From an uncultured virus (IMG/VR IMGVR_UViG_3300042890_000801) (taxonomy: Duplodnaviria; Heunggongvirae; Uroviricota; Caudoviricetes), in the IMG/VR virus record IMGVR_UViG_3300042890_000801: DNA of 64,000 bases; one strand, written 5' to 3'. Positions 9,561 through 17,548 of this stretch are shown one piece after another. The position numbers and the translations under genes were made by a program. Each line of letters opens with the position of its first letter. Positions within the stretch are counted from its first letter, which is position 1. The notes under the pieces were generated by a model. That model was not told the origin of the DNA, did not search any database, and saw nothing but the letters and a program-made list of their open reading frames with translations.

Positions 9561-10352
9561 ATGGCAAATACCAGTGTAGTTTCTTCCGTCAGTCGTCTGG
9601 GCAAATACGAGCCATTTCATATACAGGTCTCTCGTGGGCAGATCACGATGCACTCGCCTGTTATTGTCTTTGGGTACAACCCGGATGTAGACACCACTGA
9701 AGAGTCTGTATGGCCTAATGGGGGCACGGTTCCTCATCCAACAGCCGCCTCAGTGCTTAAAGTTAGCTCATCTAGTGCGGACGATGCGTCTGCGGGTACG
9801 GGGGCAAGAACGGTAATGCTCGTCGGGATCGACGGCGACTACAACGAGAAAAGCGAATCTGTAATCCTAAACGGGCAGACAGCGGTAAACACGACCAACA
9901 GCTATCTCTATGTGAACCAATTATATGTAATCTCTGTTGGGTCTGGCGGCGCAAATGCTGGGGATATCAACGTAGGTACAGGTACAGTCACTTCGGGTGT
10001 TCCAGCCGTGCTGTATGATATTATTGCAACAGGGTTCAACAACCGCACTACGGGTCATTATTGCGTTCCAGCAGGGTACACAGGATACATGCTACAGGGG
10101 CTTTTTTCTGCTGGGCAGGCATCTGGTAACTCCTCCGTTACTGGGTTTTTGAAGCAGCATGGGCCTGATAACATCCTTCGCGTGGGTGCCGTGACAGCCG
10201 TCAACAATGGTACGGCAGATTACCTGTTTGAGCTTCCTTACAGAATCCCTGAAAAGAATTGCGTCGGGGCCACAGCGATAGGTGCAGCGGCAAACAACTC
10301 GGTCAGTTCGTACTTCAATATCCTGTTGATTAAGAACAACGGTCAAACCTAA
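9561..10352 (+). CDS. Putative structural beta-rich protein
   Basis: FGYNPDV, SSSADD..GTGARTV motifs; located in the virion module. Confidence 0.55.
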   Translation: MANTSVVSSVSRLGKYEPFHIQVSRGQITMHSPVIVFGYNPDVDTTEESVWPNGGTVPHPTAASVLKVSSSSADDASAGTGARTVMLVGIDGDYNEKSESVILNGQTAVNTTNSYLYVNQLYVISVGSGGANAGDINVGTGTVTSGVPAVLYDIIATGFNNRTTGHYCVPAGYTGYMLQGLFSAGQASGNSSVTGFLKQHGPDNILRVGAVTAVNNGTADYLFELPYRIPEKNCVGATAIGAAANNSVSSYFNILLIKNNGQT

Positions 10353-10510
10353 TGGCTAAAGAAATTTGGGATAAGGAGCGCCCTAAAGGGCTAGGCAAAC
10401 CAAAGAAGCTAAGTTCTGCCAAGAAAGCCTCAGCTAAAGCTGCAGCGAAGAAAGCAGGGCGACCTTACCCGAATCTCGTTGATAACTTAAGAGCGGCTAG
10501 GCAAAAATGA
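10352..10510 (+). CDS. Small basic protein (52 aa; not in ORF track)
   Basis: MAKEIWDKERPKGLGKPKKLSSAKKASAKAAAKKAGRPYPNLVDNLRAARQK; TAATG and ATGA overlaps with both neighbours. Confidence 0.65.
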   Translation: MAKEIWDKERPKGLGKPKKLSSAKKASAKAAAKKAGRPYPNLVDNLRAARQK

Positions 10511-11211
10511 CCACTTCAGGTACAGCGGTTTGGAATCCTGACGTAGCCGAGATTATCGAAGAGGCTTACGAGCGTGCGGGCGTAGAGATTCGCACGGGCT
10601 ACCAGCTGAAAACAGCAAGGCGTAGCCTCAATATCATGATGGCTGAGTGGGCTAATCGGGGTATCAATCTCTGGACGGTAGAGCAAGGCGTTATTCCTTT
10701 GACTCAAGGCACAGTGCAGTACCCTCTCCCTGCCGATACGGTAGACCTTATTGAGCACGTCATACGGCAGAACCCCGGCAACACAGCTACGCAGGTCGAT
10801 CTTCAGATCACACGTATAGCGCTCCCAACCTATGCAACCCTACCTAATAAGCTCACGACAGGCAGGCCCATTCAAATATATGTAGATCGACAAGCACCTG
10901 TTCCGAACATCAAGATTTGGCCTGCTGCAAACAACGACTCTTACACGCTAGTGTACTGGAGACTCCGTAGACTCGATGATGCGGGGAACTCCGGCACTTT
11001 GACGATGGATGTGCCCTTCAGGTTTGTTCCGGCCTTGATTGCAGGGTTAGCCTATCATGTTGCATTGAAGACTCCTGAAAGTATAGATCGTATTCCTATG
11101 CTCAAGCAGATGTATGATGAAGCGTGGCAAGCGGCTTCGGATGAAGACAGGGATAAGGCTCCTATACGGTTCGTCCCCTATTCTGGCTATATTGGTAGCA
11201 GGGGTTGGTAA
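10507..11211 (+). CDS. Putative head-tail adaptor/neck protein
   Basis: EEAYER.G, ARRSLN...EWANRGINLW, GRP.Q, P.RF.PAL.AGLAY. Confidence 0.6.
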   Translation: MTTSGTAVWNPDVAEIIEEAYERAGVEIRTGYQLKTARRSLNIMMAEWANRGINLWTVEQGVIPLTQGTVQYPLPADTVDLIEHVIRQNPGNTATQVDLQITRIALPTYATLPNKLTTGRPIQIYVDRQAPVPNIKIWPAANNDSYTLVYWRLRRLDDAGNSGTLTMDVPFRFVPALIAGLAYHVALKTPESIDRIPMLKQMYDEAWQAASDEDRDKAPIRFVPYSGYIGSRGW

Positions 11212-11526
11212 GTGGCTAACCGTTTTGCAACGGGTAAAAAAGCCTTTGGTTTCTGCGATTTTTGCGGTTTTCGTTATCCGCTAGGCAAGCTTAAACCCGT
11301 CATTATCAAGGGCAAAGTCATCAATCTATTGGCGTGCCCTACGGACTGGAGCCCCGATCAACCGCAGCTTTGGGTCGGCACGTATCCTGTTGATGATCCT
11401 CAAGCACTGCGTAATCCAAGACCGGATACCAATTTGAATGCGTCCAGAGGTTTGTTTGGCTGGAATCCCGTAGGATCGCAGCAGGCAGATTTTACGTTGA
11501 ACGATGTTTTTGTTACAATTAGCTAA
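11212..11526 (+). CDS. Hypothetical protein with CxxC motif
   Basis: CDFCGFRY and DPQALRNPRPD; GTG start adjacent to the previous stop. Confidence 0.6.
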   Translation: MANRFATGKKAFGFCDFCGFRYPLGKLKPVIIKGKVINLLACPTDWSPDQPQLWVGTYPVDDPQALRNPRPDTNLNASRGLFGWNPVGSQQADFTLNDVFVTIS

Positions 11527-11544
11527 ACCACAGAGGTAAAAGCA

Positions 11545-11763
11545 ATGGCTAAGTTTGAAGGTTCTGCTGAAGATATCCGCGAGGATAAAAAATTGGCAAA
11601 AAAGCACAAGATGGGTTACAAAGAGTGGGAAAAGTCCAGCATGGACAAGAAGCACGACAAGCAGAAATCTATGAAAGGACTGAAGCGTAGTGGCGTAACC
11701 ACGGGTGAAATGAAAGCCAAGGGTCGTAATATGGCTCGTGTAGCCAATCAACGGAGTAAGTAA
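11545..11763 (+). CDS. Small basic protein
   Basis: RBS GAGG; Lys-rich; C-terminal GRNMARVANQR. Confidence 0.55.
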   Translation: MAKFEGSAEDIREDKKLAKKHKMGYKEWEKSSMDKKHDKQKSMKGLKRSGVTTGEMKAKGRNMARVANQRSK

Positions 11764-11951
11764 TGAGCACTCGTAGAACAGGCGGCATTGCCGAACACAA
11801 AGAAGGATCAGCCGAATATGCTGGCATTAAAAAAATCAGCACCCCTGAAGGCAACGGCTATCCTAATACCCCGCCGAACACTCAAACCGTCAAGACCCGA
11901 GGCACGGGAGCGGCTACGAAAGGCACTAAGTCTTCTGCAAAATTTGGTTAA
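11763..11951 (+). CDS. Small basic protein
   Basis: TAATG overlap; RGTGAATKG motif. Confidence 0.55.
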   Translation: MSTRRTGGIAEHKEGSAEYAGIKKISTPEGNGYPNTPPNTQTVKTRGTGAATKGTKSSAKFG

Positions 11952-11964
11952 CGGTAAGCGTTAA

Positions 11965-12606
11965 ATGAGCCTCACATACCAACAACTCTACACAGCGATT
12001 CAGAATTATTCTGAAGTCGATGAACCCACATTCAATGCGAACATCCCTAACTTTGTTCGTAATACGGAGTTGTTGGTCAATAACACGGTACAGCTACCGG
12101 CCTTCAGAAGAAACGTCACAGGCGAGGCAACACAGCTATTCCAGTATTTGAATATGCCGACAGACTTTTTGTCTGTGTTTTCTATGGCTGTTGTGAATGC
12201 TAACGGTAACTACGAGTACCTTCTGCAGAAAGATGTGAATTTCATTCGTGAAGCCTACCCCTTCCCTACCGCTGTTGGAATGCCAAAATACTACGGACTT
12301 TTTAGCTCTACGGCATTTATCCTAGGCCCGACACCTGACACGAACTACGTTATGGAGCTTCATTATTACGCGGCTCCTCCTTCAATTGTCGATGCGGGCA
12401 CCAGCTGGTTGGGGCAGAATTATCCTTCTGTGCTGCTCTGGGGCGCGCTGGTTGAAGCCTCCGTATTCCTTAAAGGTGAAGCGGATATGACGCAGAACTA
12501 CCAGACCAAGTACGATGAAGCCATGATGTTGCTGAAACAACTTGGAGATGGCAAAAACAGGGAAGACAATTTCAGAACCGAACAAGTGAGACAACCTGTA
12601 CAATGA
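11965..12606 (+). CDS. Putative head-tail adaptor/tail tubular A-like protein
   Basis: TY.QL..AIQNY.E, P.DFL, G.PKYY, LGPTPD, LL.GALVEA. Confidence 0.6.
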   Translation: MSLTYQQLYTAIQNYSEVDEPTFNANIPNFVRNTELLVNNTVQLPAFRRNVTGEATQLFQYLNMPTDFLSVFSMAVVNANGNYEYLLQKDVNFIREAYPFPTAVGMPKYYGLFSSTAFILGPTPDTNYVMELHYYAAPPSIVDAGTSWLGQNYPSVLLWGALVEASVFLKGEADMTQNYQTKYDEAMMLLKQLGDGKNREDNFRTEQVRQPVQ

Positions 12607-12722
12607 ACGAAGAAGCAAAAGAAGTGGACTACAACATTCCACAACCTGAATTTACGCTCAACAGTGTGACGGTCACTGCCGATTCTGTTGAGTATGATCT
12701 TGAAATTTCTGAAGAGGTATAG
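12603..12722 (+). CDS. Short acidic ORF (39 aa; not in ORF track)
   Basis: MNEEAKEVDYNIPQPEFTLNSVTVTADSVEYDLEISEEV; ATGA overlap with the upstream gene and fills the gap exactly. Confidence 0.45.
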   Translation: MNEEAKEVDYNIPQPEFTLNSVTVTADSVEYDLEISEEV

Positions 12723-12724
12723 TA

Positions 12725-13153
12725 ATGGCTATCACACAGGCTCTCGCTTCCACGTTCAAACAACAAGTCCTTGAAGGGTTACATGACTTCGCCGCTTCGG
12801 GTGGAGACACTTTCAAGATCGCGCTCTATACCTCCTCAGCCAATCTGGATTCAGCCACTACGGTCTATACGACTTCGGGAGAATCTTCTGGTACGGGGTA
12901 CACTCCGGGTGGTGAGACGTTGGCTAATGTGGGTGTATCACTCTCTGGCACCACCGCTTATCTTGACTTTAATGATGTAACGTGGTCTGCAGCGACAATT
13001 TCAGCTGCCGGGGCTTTGATTTACAACTCTTCGCAGGGAAACAAGGCTGTAGCCATTCTGAGCTTTGGGGCAACCTATTCAAGCACGAATGGCAATTTCA
13101 CGGTCACTTTCCCTGCCGCGACGAGCACCACTGCAATAATATTGTTAAACTAA
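12725..13153 (+). CDS. Putative fibre/structural subunit
   Basis: FKIALYTSSA, GYT.GG.TL, DF.DVTW, GALIYN, G.FTV.FP motifs. Confidence 0.6.
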   Translation: MAITQALASTFKQQVLEGLHDFAASGGDTFKIALYTSSANLDSATTVYTTSGESSGTGYTPGGETLANVGVSLSGTTAYLDFNDVTWSAATISAAGALIYNSSQGNKAVAILSFGATYSSTNGNFTVTFPAATSTTAIILLN

Positions 13154-13223
13154 CCTAAGCGCACAAGGGGCGGCGGGAACCGCCCCGAAGTGCTACACCA
13201 CCAATCTGAAGAGGAGATTGAAG

Positions 13224-13724
13224 ATGTTTGAGCAGTATATTAGCTATGAAGAAGCGATGCAAATGTTTAGCTACGACCCCCTAACCGGGGAAGTGACGTG
13301 GAAGGTTCAAAGGCGATGGGTTAAACCGGGCAGGCGAGCTGGCACAACTGGAAAAACAGGGCATAGATACATAACAGTTTTTGGGAAACGTAGAACAGAA
13401 CACAGGTTGGTATGGTTGCTAGCATACGGGTATATGCCCAAGTGCCAAATAGATCATATAAATAAAGACAGAGCGGATAATAGGTTAGCAAATCTTAGGT
13501 TAGCCCCAAATAATCATTCTGATAATGCTCAAAATCAATCCATAGCTAAGAATAATAAGTCAGGCGTTGTTGGAGTGATGTGGCACACCAAGATGCAACG
13601 ATGGCAAGTCCAGATAGGCATAAACCATAAAAAAGTGTTTCTAGGGACATTTACAGATTTCAATGACGCAGTTGCCGCACGTAGGGCCGCCGAGTTAAAG
13701 TATTTCACATTTGCTAATCCATAG
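13224..13724 (+). CDS. HNH homing endonuclease with AP2 domain
   Basis: YDP.TG, HRLVW..G..P..IDHINKDRADNR..NLR, NKSGV.GV, LG.F....AV.AR..AE. ATG at 13224 follows GAGGAG. Confidence 0.88.
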   Translation: MFEQYISYEEAMQMFSYDPLTGEVTWKVQRRWVKPGRRAGTTGKTGHRYITVFGKRRTEHRLVWLLAYGYMPKCQIDHINKDRADNRLANLRLAPNNHSDNAQNQSIAKNNKSGVVGVMWHTKMQRWQVQIGINHKKVFLGTFTDFNDAVAARRAAELKYFTFANP

Positions 13725-13736
13725 AGGATAGACACC

Positions 13737-15116
13737 ATGCCACAGATGCAAAACCGTGTACAAGAGACAACCACCACGGGTGGCACGGGTACTCTCACTC
13801 TATCTGGAGCCGTTACTGGCTATATAACTTTTGCCTCTGGTTTCTCCACAGGTGCCTCGCTGTTTTATACTGTAGATAATGGCGTTGGCGAGTGGGAAAT
13901 CGGCATAGGTACACTGGTTACTACAGGTACGCTATCTCGTACTACGGTCATTGCCTCATCTAATAGCGGTGCGCTAGTCAACTTTTCTTCCGGTACTAAA
14001 CGAGTATTTTGCTCCGCGCCCACGCGCTCCCTCGTACCGGATCAGGATAGCAACAGCGGAAAAGTCCTCACCACAGACGGCACCAACCCCGCTTGGACCC
14101 AGACGCTTAACGGCATTACTATCGGTAATCTCACAGCAGCCGCAGGCGCATTCACCACTTTAAGTGCAAGTTCTACCGTGTCCGGTACAGGCTTTAGTAC
14201 GTATCTCGCCTCACCTCCCGCTATCGGTGGCTCATCCCCTGCGGCGGGTAACTTCACCACGCTTTCATCTTCCAGCACGACGACTGTCGGCACTAACCTT
14301 GTTTTCTCAGGCACAGGCAATCGCATCACTGGCGATTTTAGTAATGCGACGGTTGCTAATCGAGTTGCGTTTCAGAGCAGTACGACAAATGGCAACACAC
14401 AAATAACAGTTTTCCCCAATGGAACCGCTACTAACGCGGGTTTTGATTGCTATTCGAATTCTGACCCGACAAACACTTCGAGAGGTCTAATTCGTGTTGA
14501 TACGGCAGGTGGGGATTTCAAAATAGATTCCACGCGAACCGGCACAGGCACCTTCCTCGCCATGACATTTTTTACCGGAGGCAGTGAGCGGGTCAGGATT
14601 AGTACGGCAGGCGTAGTCACCATCGGCAGCGCCATCAGCCTCGACCCCACGACAGCGAATGCGCTGGTGGTAAATAGCAGTGGGAACGTGGGGATTGGGG
14701 TAACGCCGAGTGCTTGGGGGGGTAATACAAGTCGTGCGCTTGAATTTGCTAACGGCGTGGCATTGTTAGGCAACTTGTCTGTGCCTGCGGCGTATTTAGT
14801 TACAAACGTATATAGTGCTAATGGAGGCTCTGTATGGACGTATAAAACAAGTGCCCCTGCAACGCTGTACCTCCAAAACGGTGGTGCTCACCTCTGGTAC
14901 AACGCTCCCTCCGGTACAGCAGGAAATACAGCCACCTTCACCTCGGCCATGACCCTGACAGCGGCGGGGGATTTTATTTCAACGGTCAACGGGACTGCGC
15001 CATCATTAAGCACAAATGGCACGATGGTATTTGCATTAACCAGCAATACAAACTTACGAATATCAGTACGTGGAACGGATGGGACAACCCGAGTTGCAAA
15101 CATAACACTCGCTTAA
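13737..15116 (+). CDS. Tail fibre protein
   Basis: NRVQETTTTGGTGT..L N-terminal anchor; ERVRI...G and GNVGIG.TPSAW fibre repeats; Gly/Thr/Ser-rich. Confidence 0.75.
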   Translation: MPQMQNRVQETTTTGGTGTLTLSGAVTGYITFASGFSTGASLFYTVDNGVGEWEIGIGTLVTTGTLSRTTVIASSNSGALVNFSSGTKRVFCSAPTRSLVPDQDSNSGKVLTTDGTNPAWTQTLNGITIGNLTAAAGAFTTLSASSTVSGTGFSTYLASPPAIGGSSPAAGNFTTLSSSSTTTVGTNLVFSGTGNRITGDFSNATVANRVAFQSSTTNGNTQITVFPNGTATNAGFDCYSNSDPTNTSRGLIRVDTAGGDFKIDSTRTGTGTFLAMTFFTGGSERVRISTAGVVTIGSAISLDPTTANALVVNSSGNVGIGVTPSAWGGNTSRALEFANGVALLGNLSVPAAYLVTNVYSANGGSVWTYKTSAPATLYLQNGGAHLWYNAPSGTAGNTATFTSAMTLTAAGDFISTVNGTAPSLSTNGTMVFALTSNTNLRISVRGTDGTTRVANITLA

Positions 15117-15128
15117 TAGGAAACCACA

Positions 15129-15488
15129 ATGGCCGATTACAAAGAAACTGACGTATCCGGGGTCGCATGGCAACGCGCTTACCAAATCCTGATCCTAAAC
15201 CCACTGGACCAACCGGCGACGGTGCGGTATGACGAGGAGCAGGTGATTAACCTCAACAATGAGCAGATCAAGCAATTTGTCGGCAATCTGGGCTACACCG
15301 TAGACCCACTCGGCATCATCGAACTGCGCGACCCAGAAACCTTGGAACTGACGGGCGAAACTATCCCGGTAGCTCTGGTACACCAAGCCTTGTTCTCGGA
15401 TTACATTAACAGAGCGATGGCTCGTGACGATGGGGCTAACCTAGTTCCTCCTGTTGAGCCTGTTGAGCCTGTTGAGCCGGAAGAATAA
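15129..15488 (+). CDS. Putative tail fibre chaperone/assembly protein
   Basis: Acidic small gene directly after the fibre; C-terminal PVE repeats. Confidence 0.5.
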   Translation: MADYKETDVSGVAWQRAYQILILNPLDQPATVRYDEEQVINLNNEQIKQFVGNLGYTVDPLGIIELRDPETLELTGETIPVALVHQALFSDYINRAMARDDGANLVPPVEPVEPVEPEE

Positions 15489-15534
15489 AACCTGCTACAC
15501 TACCCTCTCCTTTAACAACAACTCATAGACAACT

Positions 15535-15693
15535 ATGCAGCCTAAAATTGAAATTTCTGTAGAACTTCTGAACGCTATCCTGAACTATCTGGGTACCAAG
15601 CCTTTCGCTGAAGTAGCCGGGTTCATCAATGCAATCCAAGAGCAGGCCAAGGGCCAAGTGCCCCCAGCCGAGGAAGCTCCAGTAGAGGAGTAA
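15535..15693 (+). CDS. Small protein (52 aa; not in ORF track)
   Basis: MQPKIEISVELLNAILNYLGTKPFAEVAGFINAIQEQA..., a motif typical of genes downstream of fibres. Confidence 0.6.
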   Translation: MQPKIEISVELLNAILNYLGTKPFAEVAGFINAIQEQAKGQVPPAEEAPVEE

Positions 15694-15696
15694 GAG

Positions 15697-16125
15697 ATGG
15701 TCACATCAAGACAATGCTTCGCAAAGTGGGGTGATCCTAACACGCGGGCGGATGAAGGCAAATATATGGTGCTGTGGGATGTGCCTTCGCATCTTGAGAT
15801 AGGAGTGATCCCCAAGAAGTTGTACTGCAACAGTGCCATGATCGCCCCTTTGACCCAAGCATTTGAAAACATCATAGAGCGAAATCTTATCTCTCAGCTA
15901 AAAACGTGGGATGGATGCTTCAACATTCGTAAGAAACGCGGAGCGTCGAGCCAGTCTCTTCACGCTTGGGGTATTGCTATCGACATCAATGCCGCATGGA
16001 ATGGATTTGGCAAGAAGCCTACTATGTCTCCAGAACTAGTGAAGTGCTTCACCGATGCTGGTTTTGATTGGGGTGGAGTATGGTCTAAACCGGATGGAAT
16101 GCACTTCCAGCTAGCGAAGATATGA
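15697..16125 (+). CDS. Endolysin, peptidase M15 family
   Basis: GCFNIR..RG...SLHAWGIAIDIN, WGG.W..PDGMHFQ (Zn ligands H-x6-D...H). Confidence 0.88.
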   Translation: MVTSRQCFAKWGDPNTRADEGKYMVLWDVPSHLEIGVIPKKLYCNSAMIAPLTQAFENIIERNLISQLKTWDGCFNIRKKRGASSQSLHAWGIAIDINAAWNGFGKKPTMSPELVKCFTDAGFDWGGVWSKPDGMHFQLAKI

Positions 16126-16145
16126 GATAGAAAAGAGGTAAATAT

Positions 16146-16334
16146 ATGAATGCAGTAGTAGATAAAATTGGAATTTCTTTAGGCGAGGCGAGCACTTGGC
16201 GAGCGATTGTCGTAATCATCACGTTAATTGGCGTACAGCTTGACCCTGAACAGACAGAGGCGATTGCCAAAGCAGGTGCCGCTTTGTTCGCAGCTTTGGG
16301 GTTGTTCTCTAAGCGCAAACCGTCCGCAGGCTAG
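16146..16334 (+). CDS. Putative holin
   Basis: E.STWR motif, two hydrophobic segments, basic C-terminus; follows the endolysin. Confidence 0.6.
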   Translation: MNAVVDKIGISLGEASTWRAIVVIITLIGVQLDPEQTEAIAKAGAALFAALGLFSKRKPSAG

Positions 16335-16351
16335 CTAAGTAGGGTCTGGGG

Positions 16352-17536
16352 GTGCTGGGCTTCTCTGCGATTGCTGATTCTCCCATTGCGGACATCCGTG
16401 AAGATCAGTATTTAGTCCTCACCTCCCAGACCCTCTCCCTCACGCTCAATTCTGCTGCCGCTACCGCTGCGGCTAATGCAGCTGCTTCTTCTCAAAATCT
16501 TGTAACGACGCTTAACAGCCTGACCATTCAGGCAGCGGCTAACTATGCACTGCAGAGCCAGAATCTAGCACTTACTCTTAACTCTGTCTCTCTTTCTGTT
16601 GATGCAGTTCTCCCTGCGCTAGACTCGCAGAGTCTGGCTACTACGCTCTCCAGCGTAATTGTCGAAGTCCAACCACCGACCTTTGACTCCCAGAGCCTCA
16701 CGCTCTCGCTTAATTCTGTTGCTATTGCTACAGAAGTTGATGCTCTCCTAGGCTCTCAGTCCCTTGCGCTCACGCTTAATTCGGTCACGGCTTCTGCTGC
16801 CGTAAACCTCACGGCTGACTCTCAGGCTCTCTCGCTCACGCTTAATTCGGTCACGGCTTCTGCTGCCGTAAATCTTACCGCTGCTTCTCAAAGCCTTACG
16901 CTCACACAAAACCACGTACTCAACAGTACAGACCAGACGGTAGGGGTCACAGGGTTTTCGATTGCTTCAACGCTCAACAGCTTCCGTAGTTTCTGGCTTG
17001 ATGTATTCACCGTACAGATTCCAGAAATCCCCTACGACGATGCGTCCATCGCGTCAAACCCTATTTGCTACACCCCACCAGCACCAACGACAGAAACAAG
17101 TATTCAGGGAAATTGGAATGAGATCACCCTTGATGCTGTTGTCTATGGTCAGGACTGTTCGATTGGTTCGCAGCCTATTTGTGTTGGAGTCAATTACACT
17201 AACACTGAACTCCTTGTTGTAGCAGTCAACGGTGCAGGAGCCATCACTCAGATAGCTATCAAACACACGTCGCTGTACGATGAAGTGCCATCCAATCCGG
17301 TATCAGTGGTAGCTACAAATGGTGGGTCAGGCGCGACATTCAATATCGCATACACTTTGAACGTAGCGGTTGTTGTGGATATAGCCAATGCCGGTTCAGG
17401 CTATGTGGTGGGCGACACACTCTTTGTTTTAGGAGGAATAGGGTATAATCTGCCATCAACGGGTAAATATCCAGCCTCTCCGTGGAACTCAATTACGACG
17501 ACACAGAACAGTAATTGGACCAACATTCCGACATAA
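16352..17536 (+). CDS. Virion protein with ~22-aa tandem repeats
   Basis: MLGFSAIA..P.A N-terminus; about 9 copies of SQxLxxTLNSxxx; C-terminal GSGY..GD and W..I..TQ..NW..I. Confidence 0.65.
   Translation: MLGFSAIADSPIADIREDQYLVLTSQTLSLTLNSAAATAAANAAASSQNLVTTLNSLTIQAAANYALQSQNLALTLNSVSLSVDAVLPALDSQSLATTLSSVIVEVQPPTFDSQSLTLSLNSVAIATEVDALLGSQSLALTLNSVTASAAVNLTADSQALSLTLNSVTASAAVNLTAASQSLTLTQNHVLNSTDQTVGVTGFSIASTLNSFRSFWLDVFTVQIPEIPYDDASIASNPICYTPPAPTTETSIQGNWNEITLDAVVYGQDCSIGSQPICVGVNYTNTELLVVAVNGAGAITQIAIKHTSLYDEVPSNPVSVVATNGGSGATFNIAYTLNVAVVVDIANAGSGYVVGDTLFVLGGIGYNLPSTGKYPASPWNSITTTQNSNWTNIPT
16767..16872 (+). repeat. 40-bp direct repeat, 66-bp period
   Basis: CGCTCACGCTTAATTCGGTCACGGCTTCTGCTGCCGTAAA at 16767-16806 and 16833-16872. 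Confidence 0.85.
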
Positions 17537-17548
17537 AGGTAAAAAACA

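Noticed and set aside
13154..13736. Group I intron around the HNH gene
   Set aside because: Flanking genes look complete with their own starts and stops, and non-coding flanks are too short for a ribozyme core. The same applies to 22035-22717.
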